NCBI GenBank assembly: GCA_040954595.2
Contig: CM082580.2
Span: forward strand, 10,208,390 to 10,272,389
Reading direction: 5' to 3'
DNA: 64,000 nucleotides
From: Balanoglossus misakiensis
Lineage: Eukaryota; Animalia; Hemichordata
The notes under the pieces are model-generated. The model ran no database searches and was not told the origin of the DNA. It worked only from the letters and a program-made list of their open reading frames with translations. Within the stretch, counting starts at the first letter, position 1. Each line of letters starts with the position of its first letter. Position numbers and translations under genes: made by a program. Of this stretch, positions 63,912-64,000 are shown piece by piece.

Positions 63912-64000
63912 CTGAGACAAGAGAGTTAAAAAAGCTTATGATAATAAAAGAGTCAAATTCATGCACAGAAATTAAACATTTCTACAGATGCTGACTTTTG

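Overview
Intron-rich eukaryotic DNA from an animal, most likely a marine invertebrate (non-vertebrate bilaterian; inferred). Exons were assembled by hand from GT-AG sites and phase continuity. From left to right: (1) the 5' part of a minus-strand tastin/TROAP-like gene with an internally repeated motif; (2) a non-autonomous PIF/Harbinger-type element (64-bp TIRs, TAA target duplication) whose right end and the adjacent host exon are tandemly duplicated (550 bp); (3) two tandem paralogous two-exon genes for small uncharacterised MGC-start proteins; (4) two tandem six-exon PAP2/lipid phosphate phosphatase genes; (5) a complete 13-exon sterol 14-alpha-demethylase gene (CYP51, minus strand) lying head-to-head with a complete 20-exon lanosterol synthase gene (LSS, plus strand), with only 569 bp between the start codons and SRE-, CCAAT-, CRE- and GC-box-like motifs in the gap; (6) an angiopoietin-like fibrinogen-domain gene nested antisense in LSS intron 4; (7) the 3' ~30 exons of an AKAP9/pericentrin-family PACT gene, with candidate internal first exons, one carrying an SxIP motif. 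Top hypothesis: a co-regulated animal sterol mini-cluster (two consecutive pathway enzymes on one bidirectional promoter), whose linkage to AKAP9/PCNT looks ancestral to the human CYP51A1-AKAP9 and LSS-PCNT loci.
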